Of a stretch of DNA of 42,868 nt, positions 9,366 to 19,415 are shown piece by piece (position 1 is the stretch's first letter; every line of letters begins with the position of its first letter). Under the pieces are notes generated by a model. That model did not search any database and was not told the origin of the DNA. It saw only the letters and a list, made by a program, of their open reading frames with translations. The DNA is from Candidatus Methanoxibalbensis ujae (lineage in GTDB: Archaea > Halobacteriota > Syntropharchaeia > Alkanophagales > Methanospirareceae): assembly GCA_026134085.1 (NCBI GenBank), contig JAOQIN010000011.1:1-42868 (forward strand), written 5' to 3'. A program made the position numbers and the translations under genes.

Positions 9366-10826
9366 ATGGATTTTGATGAGGAGATAAGGGCAGCAGCAGG
9401 GGTGATATTGGATAAAATAAGAAAGCATAATTTCGTGCGCATCTTCTCGCACTATGATGCTGATGGTCTGGCAGCTGCGGGCATCATGTGTAATGTGCTG
9501 TTTCGTATGGGCATACCTTTTCACACGAGCATAGTTCCGAAATTATCTCCTCACATGCTGCATGAGGAGGATGGCATGATATTCCTCTGTGATATGGGAA
9601 CCGCACATATAAACATGATATGGGAAACCCTCGGAGGAAGGGATGTCGTCGTCATAGACCATCATGAACCTCCAGTGAGCAGCATCTCAGCACATGAGCA
9701 GCAACACCTGGAACTGCCTCGGAAAGTGGTCTCATTGTTTGACATGGAAAGATCCTCCTCTCACAGCACTCTCACATACGATGACGCACGCACACGATCC
9801 GCGCTCATCCACATAAATCCAGTTCTCGCAGGGGATGATGACACCTCATGTGCGGCAAGTCTCACATACATGGTTGCAAGATATCTGACGGAAGATGGGA
9901 AAAAAGGCAACATAGACCTCGCAGGTCTCGCTATCGTAGGCGCACTCGGCGACTACCAGGAGATGAACCGCGGAATAAACAATCTTATCCTTGAGGAATC
10001 TCTCAAAGAAGGCGTGATATCAACGAGAAAAGGGCTGAAACTCGGCGACGGTGTGATAAAGGATGTGCTGCTTTATGCAACAGACCCCTATACAGAACTG
10101 ACAGGCTACCCTGACAGGATAGAGAAATTCATTCAGGACCTCGGACTGGACGCTCAAAAGAAAATGAGCGAACTGAGCGAGGAGGAACATCGGAAAATAG
10201 CCTCAGCACTCCTCTCCTCCCATACATCGTCATCAGATACAAAAAATGAGAACACACTCTTCGGAACAATATACATTCTGCATGAGGAAGTCGTGAAAAA
10301 CAGCTACGACCTGATGCGCATAATAGACACATGCGGAAGATTTGGAAAGGGAGGCATAGGCATCGCACTCTGCCTGCGTGATAATGGGATGCTTGATGAA
10401 GCTCTGAGATATTTAAGAAAATTTCAAGTAAAACTGATTACGGAATTGAAAAGAGCACGAGAAGATATACACGAAATGTCAGATATATATTATTTTTATG
10501 TTCGTGAGAGAGGGATAACTGGCACTCTGGCTGGTGTTCTCGCGAGATATATATTCACTGACAAACCTGTTATCGTGTTGAACAGGATAGGGAAACCGGA
10601 TGATGAGACCAAGGTATCTGCAAGATGTGGCAGTCATTTTAAAGGATCTGTTGATCTCGCGAGGGCAATTGAAATAGCATCAAAAAATGTGGGAGGATTC
10701 GGTGGGGGTCATCCAACTGCAGCAGGCGCTTCAATACCCGCAGGCACCGAGGATGAGTTTCTGTCGCTCATAAATCAGATAATCGGTGAGCAACGAAAAC
10801 AGTTCTTGCAGAAAGCCGTTAAGTAA
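9366..10826 (+). CDS. archaeal RecJ-like DHH/DHHA1 phosphoesterase
   Basis: SHYDADG, LCDMG, VIDHH, GALGD, VSAR, GGGHPTAAGA. ORF is open from 9345. Confidence 0.9.
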   Translation: MDFDEEIRAAAGVILDKIRKHNFVRIFSHYDADGLAAAGIMCNVLFRMGIPFHTSIVPKLSPHMLHEEDGMIFLCDMGTAHINMIWETLGGRDVVVIDHHEPPVSSISAHEQQHLELPRKVVSLFDMERSSSHSTLTYDDARTRSALIHINPVLAGDDDTSCAASLTYMVARYLTEDGKKGNIDLAGLAIVGALGDYQEMNRGINNLILEESLKEGVISTRKGLKLGDGVIKDVLLYATDPYTELTGYPDRIEKFIQDLGLDAQKKMSELSEEEHRKIASALLSSHTSSSDTKNENTLFGTIYILHEEVVKNSYDLMRIIDTCGRFGKGGIGIALCLRDNGMLDEALRYLRKFQVKLITELKRAREDIHEMSDIYYFYVRERGITGTLAGVLARYIFTDKPVIVLNRIGKPDDETKVSARCGSHFKGSVDLARAIEIASKNVGGFGGGHPTAAGASIPAGTEDEFLSLINQIIGEQRKQFLQKAVK

Positions 10827-11567
10827 CGGACTGTGAGATGAATCGGGGGATCCATCCGGTCCCTATTGTTGCCTCACCTGCTTGTTATATGCTACGATGA
10901 TTATGTGTTTTTCGGATTACAATGCACTTCCAAAGACTGAGTCAGTTTCTACAATTTTGCAAAATTTCCTCAGTCTTTGACAGATGGTCCATACTTTGGT
11001 TTCAGAATAATTTTTTCGTTCAATCTATTCTGCTTTATCTATCTTTTTCTGATTCTTTCATGTTTTTTAGTTTTTAAGTGTTTCTGTGTTTCTGTGCAGA
11101 AAAGAGATTATTGCGACGGGAGATGCTCTCCCAATCATTAAAGTCATATTCCGACCTCCGAACCTTCTTATTTGAACTGGATTCGGTTTTACTGCCCTCG
11201 CCACGCTTTCGCATGTTGAAACGGAAAGATAAAATTCAATATAGCACTCGGTGATGAGAGAATCGTTGAGAGTGCTGATGCAGTCTGGGATCTGGCATCA
11301 GAGGATGCCACTGGGGCACCGACAGTGCCTGGCAATGAAGCAGTGGCTGAGGAAGCTGTCACTTATAACCTATCTTTTGACCACCAATACGCCTGCTTGG
11401 TGATGTAATAGCCGATACCGTTTCTGACCTTAGATGCTGCTCGGCAGGATTGTGGGCAAGCGTTATGTTATGAGGATACCCTGACGTCTGCCTGAAAATG
11501 CTACTGAAATAATCAGTGGGCCGAGACAAAATATGAGGTTCTTGGATTTGATGACTCCGCCTTTTGA

Positions 11568-11830
11568 ATGAAACCCTTGATTTCCGATGTGACTGTAACA
11601 AACATCACATTGACTTCAGCAACTGTAAACTGGGTCACAGATGAGACCGCCGACAGCCCGGTCAAATATGGAACAGAATCTGGAAACTACACACCAAATA
11701 CGATTCCACGAACCTCTCATAGAATCTGATAGGGCTCCTGCCCAATACTACTATATTGTTGTTATATTGTTGTGAACAGTTCGGATTTGAACAGGAATTC
11801 AAACGAAAGCGCAGGATACAATTTCACCAC
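11568..11830 (+). pseudogene. frameshifted fibronectin type III domain of a decayed surface protein
   Basis: PLISDVTVTNITLTSATVNWVTDETADSPVKYGTESGNYT / LIGLLPNTT / VNSSDLNRNSNESAGYNFTT spread across frames; 11-bp duplication at 11752-11773. Confidence 0.7.
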
Positions 11831-12048
11831 ACATATAGACACCGCCATACACATCTGGATCAAAAGGCGCTTTGAATGCCCCTATACGAACATAACTGTT
11901 CATGTGTTTAACTGTTCATGTGTTGGTGCTGAGTCTGAGGTTAATTTGAGCACAGGGGTTAATTTGAGCACGATAACTGTGCCTTTAGAAGGTGATCACC
12001 CCCGAGTTTTCACAACATTCTTTTTTCTTGCATTTCCCCTCTACAAAC

Positions 12049-13110
12049 ATGAAATTCAGCATAAATTGGAACATCACGAGGCGTTGCAATTTGAGGTGCA
12101 GGCACTGCTACTTTGAGGCTGGCGAGCCACAAGCCAACGAGCTGAGCACAGAAGAGGCACTCGCAGTCGTTGACGAGATTGCGAAGACCTTCGGCGGAGG
12201 GGACGAAGGAGGCGAAGCCAACGAGGACGCTTGCGGAGAAGTGCGTGTGACATTTGGCGGTGGCGAGCCTTTGCTGCGAGAGGACCTCTTTGAAATCCTC
12301 GCCTACGGTAAAGAGCGGGGTTTGAGCATGTCCTTAGCGACGAATGGCACGCTTCTTGACGAAGAGACGGCATACAAACTGCGAGAGAGTGGCGTATCTG
12401 AGGTGATTATTCCGATAGACGGCACGAAACGCACACACGACTGGCTGCGTGGCAAGAACTCCTTTGAGCGTGCTGTGAGAGCTGCGAAAGCATGCAGGAA
12501 GGCGGGGCTTCGCCTTGTAATTGACCCCTGCATATTGCGAGAGAACGAGGCGGAATTTACGCAGATTTTAGACATTGCTGAACGCTTGGGAGCATCGCAG
12601 GTCAGAATTTTCCACTTCATCTCGCTTGGTCGCGGCATTGATGCGAAAGAGAGTGAGCTGAGCGTTGAGGAATATGCAGCGAACTTACAACGCATATACG
12701 AGGAGCAGGTGAGGAGGCGAGGAATTGAAATCTGCACGACGCAGGCATGCCAGTACTGGGTGATCTTGCGCAGGAAAGCATCGCAGGGCGCTTTCGTCCC
12801 GGATTTCTTTTGGAACGAGACACCTGGATGCAGAGCAGGAATAAGCATGCTCTCAATTAAACCCAACGGGAATGTTGTTCCGTGTCCTCTGCTTGAAATC
12901 TGTGCGGGGAATGTGCGTGAAGAGAGCCTTCGCAGTATTTTGAAATCAGAAATTCTCTCAGCACTGAGGCGTAGAGCGGTGAAAGGTCGCTGCTCAATAT
13001 GCAAGCATCGTGAGATTTGCGGCGGATGCAGGGCAAGAGCATTCGTGAAAAGCGGAGACTTCCTCGCTGAAGACCCCCTGTGTGGTGATTTCTTCTTTGA
13101 GCAAGAATGA
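12049..13110 (+). CDS. radical SAM/SPASM protein, NirJ/AhbC-AhbD-like (alternative heme biosynthesis family)
   Basis: WNITRRCNLRCRHCY, GGEPLLR, ATNGTL; SPASM region GCRAG...PCP...CSICKHREICGGCRARA...DPLC. The exact paralog cannot be assigned by eye. Confidence 0.85.
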   Translation: MKFSINWNITRRCNLRCRHCYFEAGEPQANELSTEEALAVVDEIAKTFGGGDEGGEANEDACGEVRVTFGGGEPLLREDLFEILAYGKERGLSMSLATNGTLLDEETAYKLRESGVSEVIIPIDGTKRTHDWLRGKNSFERAVRAAKACRKAGLRLVIDPCILRENEAEFTQILDIAERLGASQVRIFHFISLGRGIDAKESELSVEEYAANLQRIYEEQVRRRGIEICTTQACQYWVILRRKASQGAFVPDFFWNETPGCRAGISMLSIKPNGNVVPCPLLEICAGNVREESLRSILKSEILSALRRRAVKGRCSICKHREICGGCRARAFVKSGDFLAEDPLCGDFFFEQE

Positions 13111-13356
13111 ATCACCTACAGACCTTTCTATATCTACCGGGCTCTTCTCACCTTTCACAATAAGCTCACCTGTCAGTTCAATGTAATCAATATCTCTCTC
13201 ATTTAAGAGAGATCTTCTTCCGCTATGCCCAAACGGATTTTATATTATTCTCAACTTTGCTTCACTTGCTATGATCTTTCCGTCTTCATTATATTTTAAG
13301 CTCCATTCTCGCTGCACCTGGAAAGGGCATCCTTGGTGGTATGTCTTTTTATGTAT

Positions 13357-13842
13357 TTATTCCTCATTTTCATATCTCACACTCCAAATGGTAATTCTCA
13401 TCGGCAGAACAGGACCCAACTCATATTTCACTTTAAAAACCTGCCCAGGCTTAAGGTATAATACATAGCTAGGTCCTTCAGACACATATTCGGGCCATAG
13501 CCACCATGTTCCATTCTTCTCATCCCAATATTTGACATTTTGGAAATCCCCATAGATATTGTCCTTCCATGTAGCAATCACGGGATATTGACGGTCATTT
13601 CTCAGGTAAAACACTATGGTGTCCATCCTTTTCCGCTTTATTTCTTCCCAATTGATTTCTAAAAGTGGACGTGTGCAAGTTTCATCCTGCCATGCACTGA
13701 TATTCCCGTCGGTTATTATTAGCATCTGGTAGATTCTGGCCGGTTCATAGATTCTGGCGGGTTCAGGAGGGTGGTAGATGAAAAAGAAAGAAATTATCAC
13801 CATTATTACTACCGCCAACAATACTTTTTCCCGCATTCTCAT
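13357..13842 (-). CDS. hypothetical protein with N-terminal TM/signal segment
   Basis: 161-aa ORF, RBS GGTGGTGAGGT, AT-richer than its neighbours, duplicated EPARIY. Confidence 0.7.
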   Translation of the reverse strand: MRMREKVLLAVVIMVIISFFFIYHPPEPARIYEPARIYQMLIITDGNISAWQDETCTRPLLEINWEEIKRKRMDTIVFYLRNDRQYPVIATWKDNIYGDFQNVKYWDEKNGTWWLWPEYVSEGPSYVLYLKPGQVFKVKYELGPVLPMRITIWSVRYENEE

Positions 13843-14040
13843 TTACCTCACCACCACCTCTTCAACTCAACACATTGCTTGAACTCCCTGCCTGCACTAC
13901 CATCGTCCTCTCTTCTCCTCTCCTCTTTAACCTCTCTATACAAAATAAAACTCGTCGAACGATAGAGGATGAGTGTGGGAATGACGGGCTAAATACTGAA
14001 ACGACTGTCTCCAACGTCGGTTTATGTGAATGTTATCATC

Positions 14041-14916
14041 TCAGCATCCTGAGGAGTAGGAGCACCTATTGTTAATTTTACATTTTCGTACTTCAGCATC
14101 CCAGCCCATAGCGTTCCAAGAGTGTTCAACTTCACGAGCCTTCTCCTCACTTTCAACGAGTGCAACATAAGAAGGACCTGTTCCTGAGAGAGAGACGCCT
14201 TTCACGCCGCATTCAAGCGCAACGAGCATTGGCTCAGCTGAGAATCCGAGGGCTGCTGTGTATAAGAAGCCGTTGAGCGTCATCGCTTCTTCATATTTTC
14301 CGTGAAGTGCATCCTCAAATGCCTTTTCAACCCAATTGGCGATCGTTCTTGCACGAAGCACATTCGTCTCTGCGGTGAAAGCCCTCTCGTGAGGAATGAG
14401 CACCACCGCCGTAAATTCATGCTCATCCCTGCGCAAGAGCTGCATTTGCCTGTTGTCCGTCACAACGAATCCGCCGAGCATTGAGGCGCAAGCATCGTCA
14501 AACGCACCCGTGATAGAGACGCCGACTTCCTTTGCGACAATCGCTCCCAATCTGATGGCATCAAGCACATCAATATCGCACCCGATGGCGTCAAGTGTCG
14601 CAACAATGACAGCGTTCGCAGCTGCACTGCTGCTTTTGAGCCCGCTTCCCATTGGAATCTCGCTACTCGTCCTCACAAATGCGGAGAGCTTGATGCCGAA
14701 TTTCCGCAGAACCTCCCCAACACAACGCTCTATCAGCCTGGTGTCAGCATTTTGAAAGCCTGAGACCTCACAGTGTATCCCATGCATGTCCTCACCCACC
14801 TCCACCTCCGCATGCGTCCACATGTCTATGCCAAAAGCAGCGCCTCTGTATGTGGCGATCGCATTTATTATTGTTCCCGCACCGCTCGCTCTCCCATATC
14901 CCTTCCTCCTCACCAT
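14041..14916 (-). CDS. aroK: archaeal shikimate kinase (GHMP family)
   Basis: AGTIINAIAT, IPMGSGLKSSSAAANA, SITGAFDDACAS, SLSGTGPS. Confidence 0.95.
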   Translation of the reverse strand: MVRRKGYGRASGAGTIINAIATYRGAAFGIDMWTHAEVEVGEDMHGIHCEVSGFQNADTRLIERCVGEVLRKFGIKLSAFVRTSSEIPMGSGLKSSSAAANAVIVATLDAIGCDIDVLDAIRLGAIVAKEVGVSITGAFDDACASMLGGFVVTDNRQMQLLRRDEHEFTAVVLIPHERAFTAETNVLRARTIANWVEKAFEDALHGKYEEAMTLNGFLYTAALGFSAEPMLVALECGVKGVSLSGTGPSYVALVESEEKAREVEHSWNAMGWDAEVRKCKINNRCSYSSGC

Positions 14917-15231
14917 TTCCCCTATCTATACGACAGGGCGAACAAGATGCATAGTGCAATGGTGCCTCAGGCAGATCAGAAGTCAGCAGATCAAAAGGAT
15001 CAGAGATAGGGGAAATAAGTAATTGATTTGATTTTTTATTATTATTGTTATGATAGTTTTATTTTTAAATAGAAGAAAAATGTAAAAAAAATATAAAATG
15101 CTTGGCTCCTCTCACTCAGTTTGTTTATATTGCATGCGATTTTCCCGTCCGATGCTTGCGGCATCAAATCAGGCATCCAATCAAATTCATCGGAGAATTG
15201 CCTTCTCCTCTTTTCATTGAGCTCCTTTTCT

Positions 15232-15585
15232 CTAAATTTCTATGCAATTTTTCCAGAGGCCGTGCAGGTTGCAATATGCGAGTGCGCAGAACGCTTTAAA
15301 TTCTTTCACGGGCACCTGGAACCTCACATTCGGGTTCGTATATGTTGGTGCCAGCTCCACTCTCCCGATATCAACAACCTGCCCATCACGCTTCACACCA
15401 TATAGCTCTATCCACTTTATGTGGTGCTCCACTGTGTTCGGATGCGGCACCTCTTTGCCGACAACAATGCGCACCACATCCACATCCTCTCTTCCTCGCC
15501 CCTTTCCAACTTCAATATGCGGAACATGCTTCTCCTTACCTTCCGCCTCTTCTCCTCTCAACAATTCTCCAAATTCCATTTCCAT
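15232..15585 (-). CDS. superoxide reductase (neelaredoxin, class II SOR)
   Basis: EKHVP, HPNTVEHHIKWI, YCNLHGLW iron ligands; GGAGG RBS. Confidence 0.95.
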   Translation of the reverse strand: MEMEFGELLRGEEAEGKEKHVPHIEVGKGRGREDVDVVRIVVGKEVPHPNTVEHHIKWIELYGVKRDGQVVDIGRVELAPTYTNPNVRFQVPVKEFKAFCALAYCNLHGLWKNCIEI

Positions 15586-15753
15586 TCCTACCTCCTTTCA
15601 CATATCCGCTTCCTGTGCTCATATACCGATGCTCATCCACTGATGCTCATATACTGATATCCAACTTCATATACCGATATCCAACTGCGATGATGATGCT
15701 GCGTTTGCCGGGCGCTCTCTGTTTTTTTCTCTCCTTCCACCCAACTGCGGCCG

Positions 15754-16731
15754 TCAGATTCCCCTCACCTGCATATGCTCCTCAGGCTCTGATATGCCGC
15801 TCATCGCATCTCCCAATCCCTTTGAAATCTCAGCGATTTCCTTCGCATCGTCGTAATGATGGACTGCATCCACTATGGCACGGGCATATCCCTCAGGATT
15901 CGCGGATTTGAATATGCCCGAACCAACAAAAACTCCGTCTGCTCCGAGTTTCATCATTAATGCAGCGTCTGCAGGAGTTGCTATACCTCCAGCTGCAAAG
16001 TTGACAACAGGAAGCCTTCCAATCTTCTTCACTTCCAACAGCACATTATGTAATCCATCTGCAATTTCCTCAATCGTGAATCCCTCAAACACTCCCGCCT
16101 TCAAAGAAGTTCCCAGCTCCCCGCATACTATATCAGCAATTTTCCTGTAGGAATTCGCATATCTCTCCGCGACTGCATGTATCTCATAATCATCCATTGA
16201 ACCTATCATCTCTATTGCGAAATTTATCATACGCATGTGCTTAACTGCCTCAACCACATTTCCTGTGCCGGCTTCTCCCTTGGTTCTGATCATAGCCGCT
16301 CCTTCCCATATTCTCCTTACTGCCTCTCCGAGAGAGCGAGCGCCACAGACAAAAGGAACCTTGAACTTCTTTTTGTATATGTGGAAAAATTCATCAGCTG
16401 GAGTCAGGACTTCTGATTCGTCTATCATGTCAACGCCCAAGGCTTCAAGAGCAACAGCCTCCGCAACATGACCTATGCGGCACTTCGCCATCACCGGTAT
16501 TGTCACTGCATCCATTATCTCAACGATTTTCTCAGGATCTGCCATTCTCGCAACACCTCCTTCCGCTCTTATGTCAGCCGGAACCATATGAAGAGCCATA
16601 ACTGCTACCGCTCCTGCATCCTCCGCTATTTCAGCCTGCGATGCGTTCGTGACATCCATGATGACTCCGCCCTTCTGCATCTTCGCAAATCCTCGCTTCA
16701 CCAAATCCGTCCCGAACATAAATTCGTCCAT
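15754..16731 (-). CDS. pdxS: pyridoxal 5'-phosphate synthase lyase subunit
   Basis: [62 protein letters not shown]. Confidence 0.97.
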   Translation of the reverse strand: MDEFMFGTDLVKRGFAKMQKGGVIMDVTNASQAEIAEDAGAVAVMALHMVPADIRAEGGVARMADPEKIVEIMDAVTIPVMAKCRIGHVAEAVALEALGVDMIDESEVLTPADEFFHIYKKKFKVPFVCGARSLGEAVRRIWEGAAMIRTKGEAGTGNVVEAVKHMRMINFAIEMIGSMDDYEIHAVAERYANSYRKIADIVCGELGTSLKAGVFEGFTIEEIADGLHNVLLEVKKIGRLPVVNFAAGGIATPADAALMMKLGADGVFVGSGIFKSANPEGYARAIVDAVHHYDDAKEIAEISKGLGDAMSGISEPEEHMQVRGI

Positions 16732-16923
16732 CGCTCTATTATTCCTCCTCAAAATAAAAAGAGCTTGTGGTGAGAAGCGCTTGCAACAGCACCTGTGGAA
16801 TGACTGTGGTGTCAGGGACGCAGACAAAAAAGCAAAGACAAATGCGGAAAGACATGCACAAATGCGATAAACCTTAACACCTTTTATCTCCTCTACATAT
16901 TCTCAAAGCATTTTAAAATATAC

Positions 16924-16939
16924 TTCACAATATTGTGAA
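16924..16939. promoter_or_regulatory. perfect 16-bp palindrome, candidate transcription-factor site
   Basis: TTCACAATATTGTGAA in the AT-rich region between the divergent pdxS and cytochrome genes. Confidence 0.45.
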
Positions 16940-17188
16940 ATTTTTTTGAGATATAAAATGCATTCAGAAGGCATGATAAATCAAATTTTTTGCATTAAAT
17001 TGTGCACATCTTTTCAATATTTGTGTTTATTTGAATGTTATTCGCTTGCGATTGCATATTTTTGTTCATCCGCAGTGAGGGAAAAAATGAGAGACCTCGC
17101 TTACTGTTTTTATTTTATACTCATATTGGAAAAAACCGAAAATATTTTTATGTGCAATCACCTACATATGAATGGAGGTGATACCTGA

Positions 17189-17962
17189 ATGAAGGGGAGT
17201 AATTTGGTGCTGATGACAATTGCAGTGGTCGCTGTAGGTATCATCGCTATGCCGAGCACAATCTCGCTGTTCGCAGGGCAACACACATGGTATGCAATAA
17301 ATGGCAGCAATGATCTTCCGTGCAGGAAGTGCCACGCAGATGTCTTTGCAGAACTTGAACAGAGCGCATTCCACAAATGGAATGGTTATGACTGGGGTGA
17401 GAATCCTGAGGGAGAACCTGACAACACCGCATGCTACGGCTGTCACAGGGCGAATGCGAGCATTACTTATGCAGATGTTGGAGCTAATGTGACAGATGTC
17501 ACACCCGGTACGAAGGCACACGCAGCTTCTACCGTCGCCTGCATGCTCTGCCACCAGTTCAATGCCAGTGATGCGGTCAATCCGCTTGAAGGAAAGAGTA
17601 TGCCCGGCTTTGCCGCAGGTGGATTCGATCAGCCAGCAGGCAGTCCATACAATTACACAGATGGCACACATCCGGGCGGTCATGCCGCTCACCAGGGGTT
17701 CATTCAGAGTGCGGTGAACGACACAAAGATGGAGGATGCGAATGAAGCATGCATAGCATGTCACACGCACATACCTGTTAAAATTAATTGGACGCACAGA
17801 TACAGCCTTGAGTTCAACTGCACACCTGAGTTTAATTTGCCGCCTACGCACTTCAATGTCACTGACTGGTCAATCAACGGCACATACACCATCACAGTAT
17901 ACGGATGGAGAAACGGAACCGGAGATACAAATATCACAGGATGGCCAGGAAGCTATCCATAG
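17189..17962 (+). CDS. secreted tetraheme cytochrome c, archaeal extracellular cytochrome nanowire (ECN)-like
   Basis: Signal peptide then PSTISLFAGQHTWY; CRKCH, CYGCH, CMLCH, CIACH; 12 N-X-S/T sequons; RBS GGAGGTGAT. Confidence 0.88.
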   Translation: MKGSNLVLMTIAVVAVGIIAMPSTISLFAGQHTWYAINGSNDLPCRKCHADVFAELEQSAFHKWNGYDWGENPEGEPDNTACYGCHRANASITYADVGANVTDVTPGTKAHAASTVACMLCHQFNASDAVNPLEGKSMPGFAAGGFDQPAGSPYNYTDGTHPGGHAAHQGFIQSAVNDTKMEDANEACIACHTHIPVKINWTHRYSLEFNCTPEFNLPPTHFNVTDWSINGTYTITVYGWRNGTGDTNITGWPGSYP

Positions 17963-18977
17963 GATAAAAGGAGAATTTTTCTCTTCTCTTTTTTCTCTTT
18001 TTTCCTTTGAGGTGAAAAGGAAGGTATGAGGAAATGGGGAGTGGTAATATGATATCCTTTTCTTTTAAGGTAAAAAAAAATAAAGGGAAGTGAGAGAAAA
18101 TGAAGAGCAATATTATACTGTTGGCTGTTGCGGTGGTTGCAGTTGGCATATTTGCACTGCCAAGCACCATATCGCTCTTCGCAGGTCAGCACACATGGTA
18201 TAATCTGACTGGAAATCAAAGTGTGCCATGTGAGAAGTGCCATGCGGATGTTGCGAATGAGATGGGCGCTCTGATTGGACCGCACACGGGAGAGACAGGC
18301 TATCAAAGGATGAGATGTGAATATTGCCACAGATATTTCCCCATCTGGCGCAGAAATTCAACATATGAAAACTATACATATGGTGATGTTGGCACTTCAG
18401 CCACAGATGTCACGCCAGGTAAAGAATCACACGCAGCTTCAACTGTTCCATGCATGTATTGCCATAGCGGAGATAAATATGGTGTGAGACATTCCAATGC
18501 AGTAGATTGGAACTGCTGGTCAGCATGCCATTGGGATCCGAGTATGAATCCTAACGGGAGACCCGCTCATGAAGGTAGATATAAAAATAACGAGGATTGC
18601 ATACGATGTCATGGAAATGCTCACACCGGACATATATACTATATTCCACCGGCAGGAGGCTTTAGCCTGACAATTGACTCTGAGGATACAGGAAGCAACG
18701 CTGCGCATAAAGCCTTCGTGATGGAGGCGATAAGCAATTCTGACATGGAGGATGCGAATGAAGCGTGCATAGCATGCCATACGAAAATACCTGTTATAAT
18801 TAACTGGACGCACAGATACAGCCTTGAGTTCAATGCAACGCCTGAGCTTGAATTGCCGCCTACGCACTTCAATGTCACTGACTGGTCAATCAACGGCACA
18901 TACACCATCACAGTATACGGATGGAGAAACGGAACCGGAGATACAAATATCACAGGATGGCCAGGAAGCTATCCATA
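17837..18977 (+). repeat. 125-bp perfect direct repeat (17837-17961 and 18853-18977)
   Basis: Base-by-base identity from TTGCCGCCTACG to AGCTATCCATA in both cytochrome 3' ends. Confidence 0.95.
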
Positions 18978-18978
18978 A
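18100..18978 (+). CDS. secreted multiheme cytochrome c paralog (5 CxxCH + 1 CxxxCH)
   Basis: Same N-terminal motif and C-terminus as the upstream gene; CEKCH, CEYCH, CMYCH, CWSACH, CIRCH, CIACH; 10 sequons. Confidence 0.88.
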   Translation: MKSNIILLAVAVVAVGIFALPSTISLFAGQHTWYNLTGNQSVPCEKCHADVANEMGALIGPHTGETGYQRMRCEYCHRYFPIWRRNSTYENYTYGDVGTSATDVTPGKESHAASTVPCMYCHSGDKYGVRHSNAVDWNCWSACHWDPSMNPNGRPAHEGRYKNNEDCIRCHGNAHTGHIYYIPPAGGFSLTIDSEDTGSNAAHKAFVMEAISNSDMEDANEACIACHTKIPVIINWTHRYSLEFNATPELELPPTHFNVTDWSINGTYTITVYGWRNGTGDTNITGWPGSYP

Positions 18979-18989
18979 AATAAGAAAAA

Positions 18990-19018
18990 ATTTTTTTCTT
19001 TTTCTTTTTTCTTTTTTA
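18990..19018 (+). terminator. T-rich archaeal terminator candidate after the second cytochrome
   Basis: Long oligo-T tracts just after the stop; a similar tract follows the first gene (about 17976-18008). Confidence 0.5.
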
Positions 19019-19097
19019 ATTTTAGCAGTTGCAGCGGGCATATTTACCATAATATCGCCTTTAGCAGGAGCACACTTTGTATGGTGAACTTTGTATG

Positions 19098-19415
19098 GTG
19101 AACTACCCCTTACGCATGGGACTTCTTGCTTCATGGAGGAGACTTGCTTCTCTCAGCCTTGTTACAGGGAGTAGAAGCCTCATCTCAACAGGCTCATAGG
19201 GTTCGACCCCCTTTTATTCTGCAGGCTGAAAATCTCTCGGCAGGTTGTCAAATGACAAAGACAAACATGGTCGGGCTCACCCTGACCGCTCTCATGTCAG
19301 CCTCGTATATTTGATTGAAATTTTCCCCAAGATGCGTCGGGCTTTAACCATGAATCCGTAAGTTTTCAACAACTGTAACATCGTGACATAGAATCCACTT
19401 ATGAAGGAAATCATA
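19098..19415 (-). pseudogene. tnpB: degenerate tnpB 3' half with right-end/omegaRNA region
   Basis: Fragments DFLHK, HDVTVVENLRI, MVK, YEADMRAVRVSP, EPVEMRLLL, MKQEVPCVRG; ends GGGGTAGTTCAC at 19098. Confidence 0.65.

Noticed and set aside
12303..13115. 270-aa minus-strand ORF, and similar shadow ORFs such as 17162-17851 and 37602-38249
   Set aside because: They are antisense shadows of genes with clear family motifs and have no motifs of their own.
17837..18977. Diversity-generating retroelement template/variable repeat pair
   Set aside because: The copies are identical rather than differing at adenines, both are coding, and no reverse transcriptase is present in the window.
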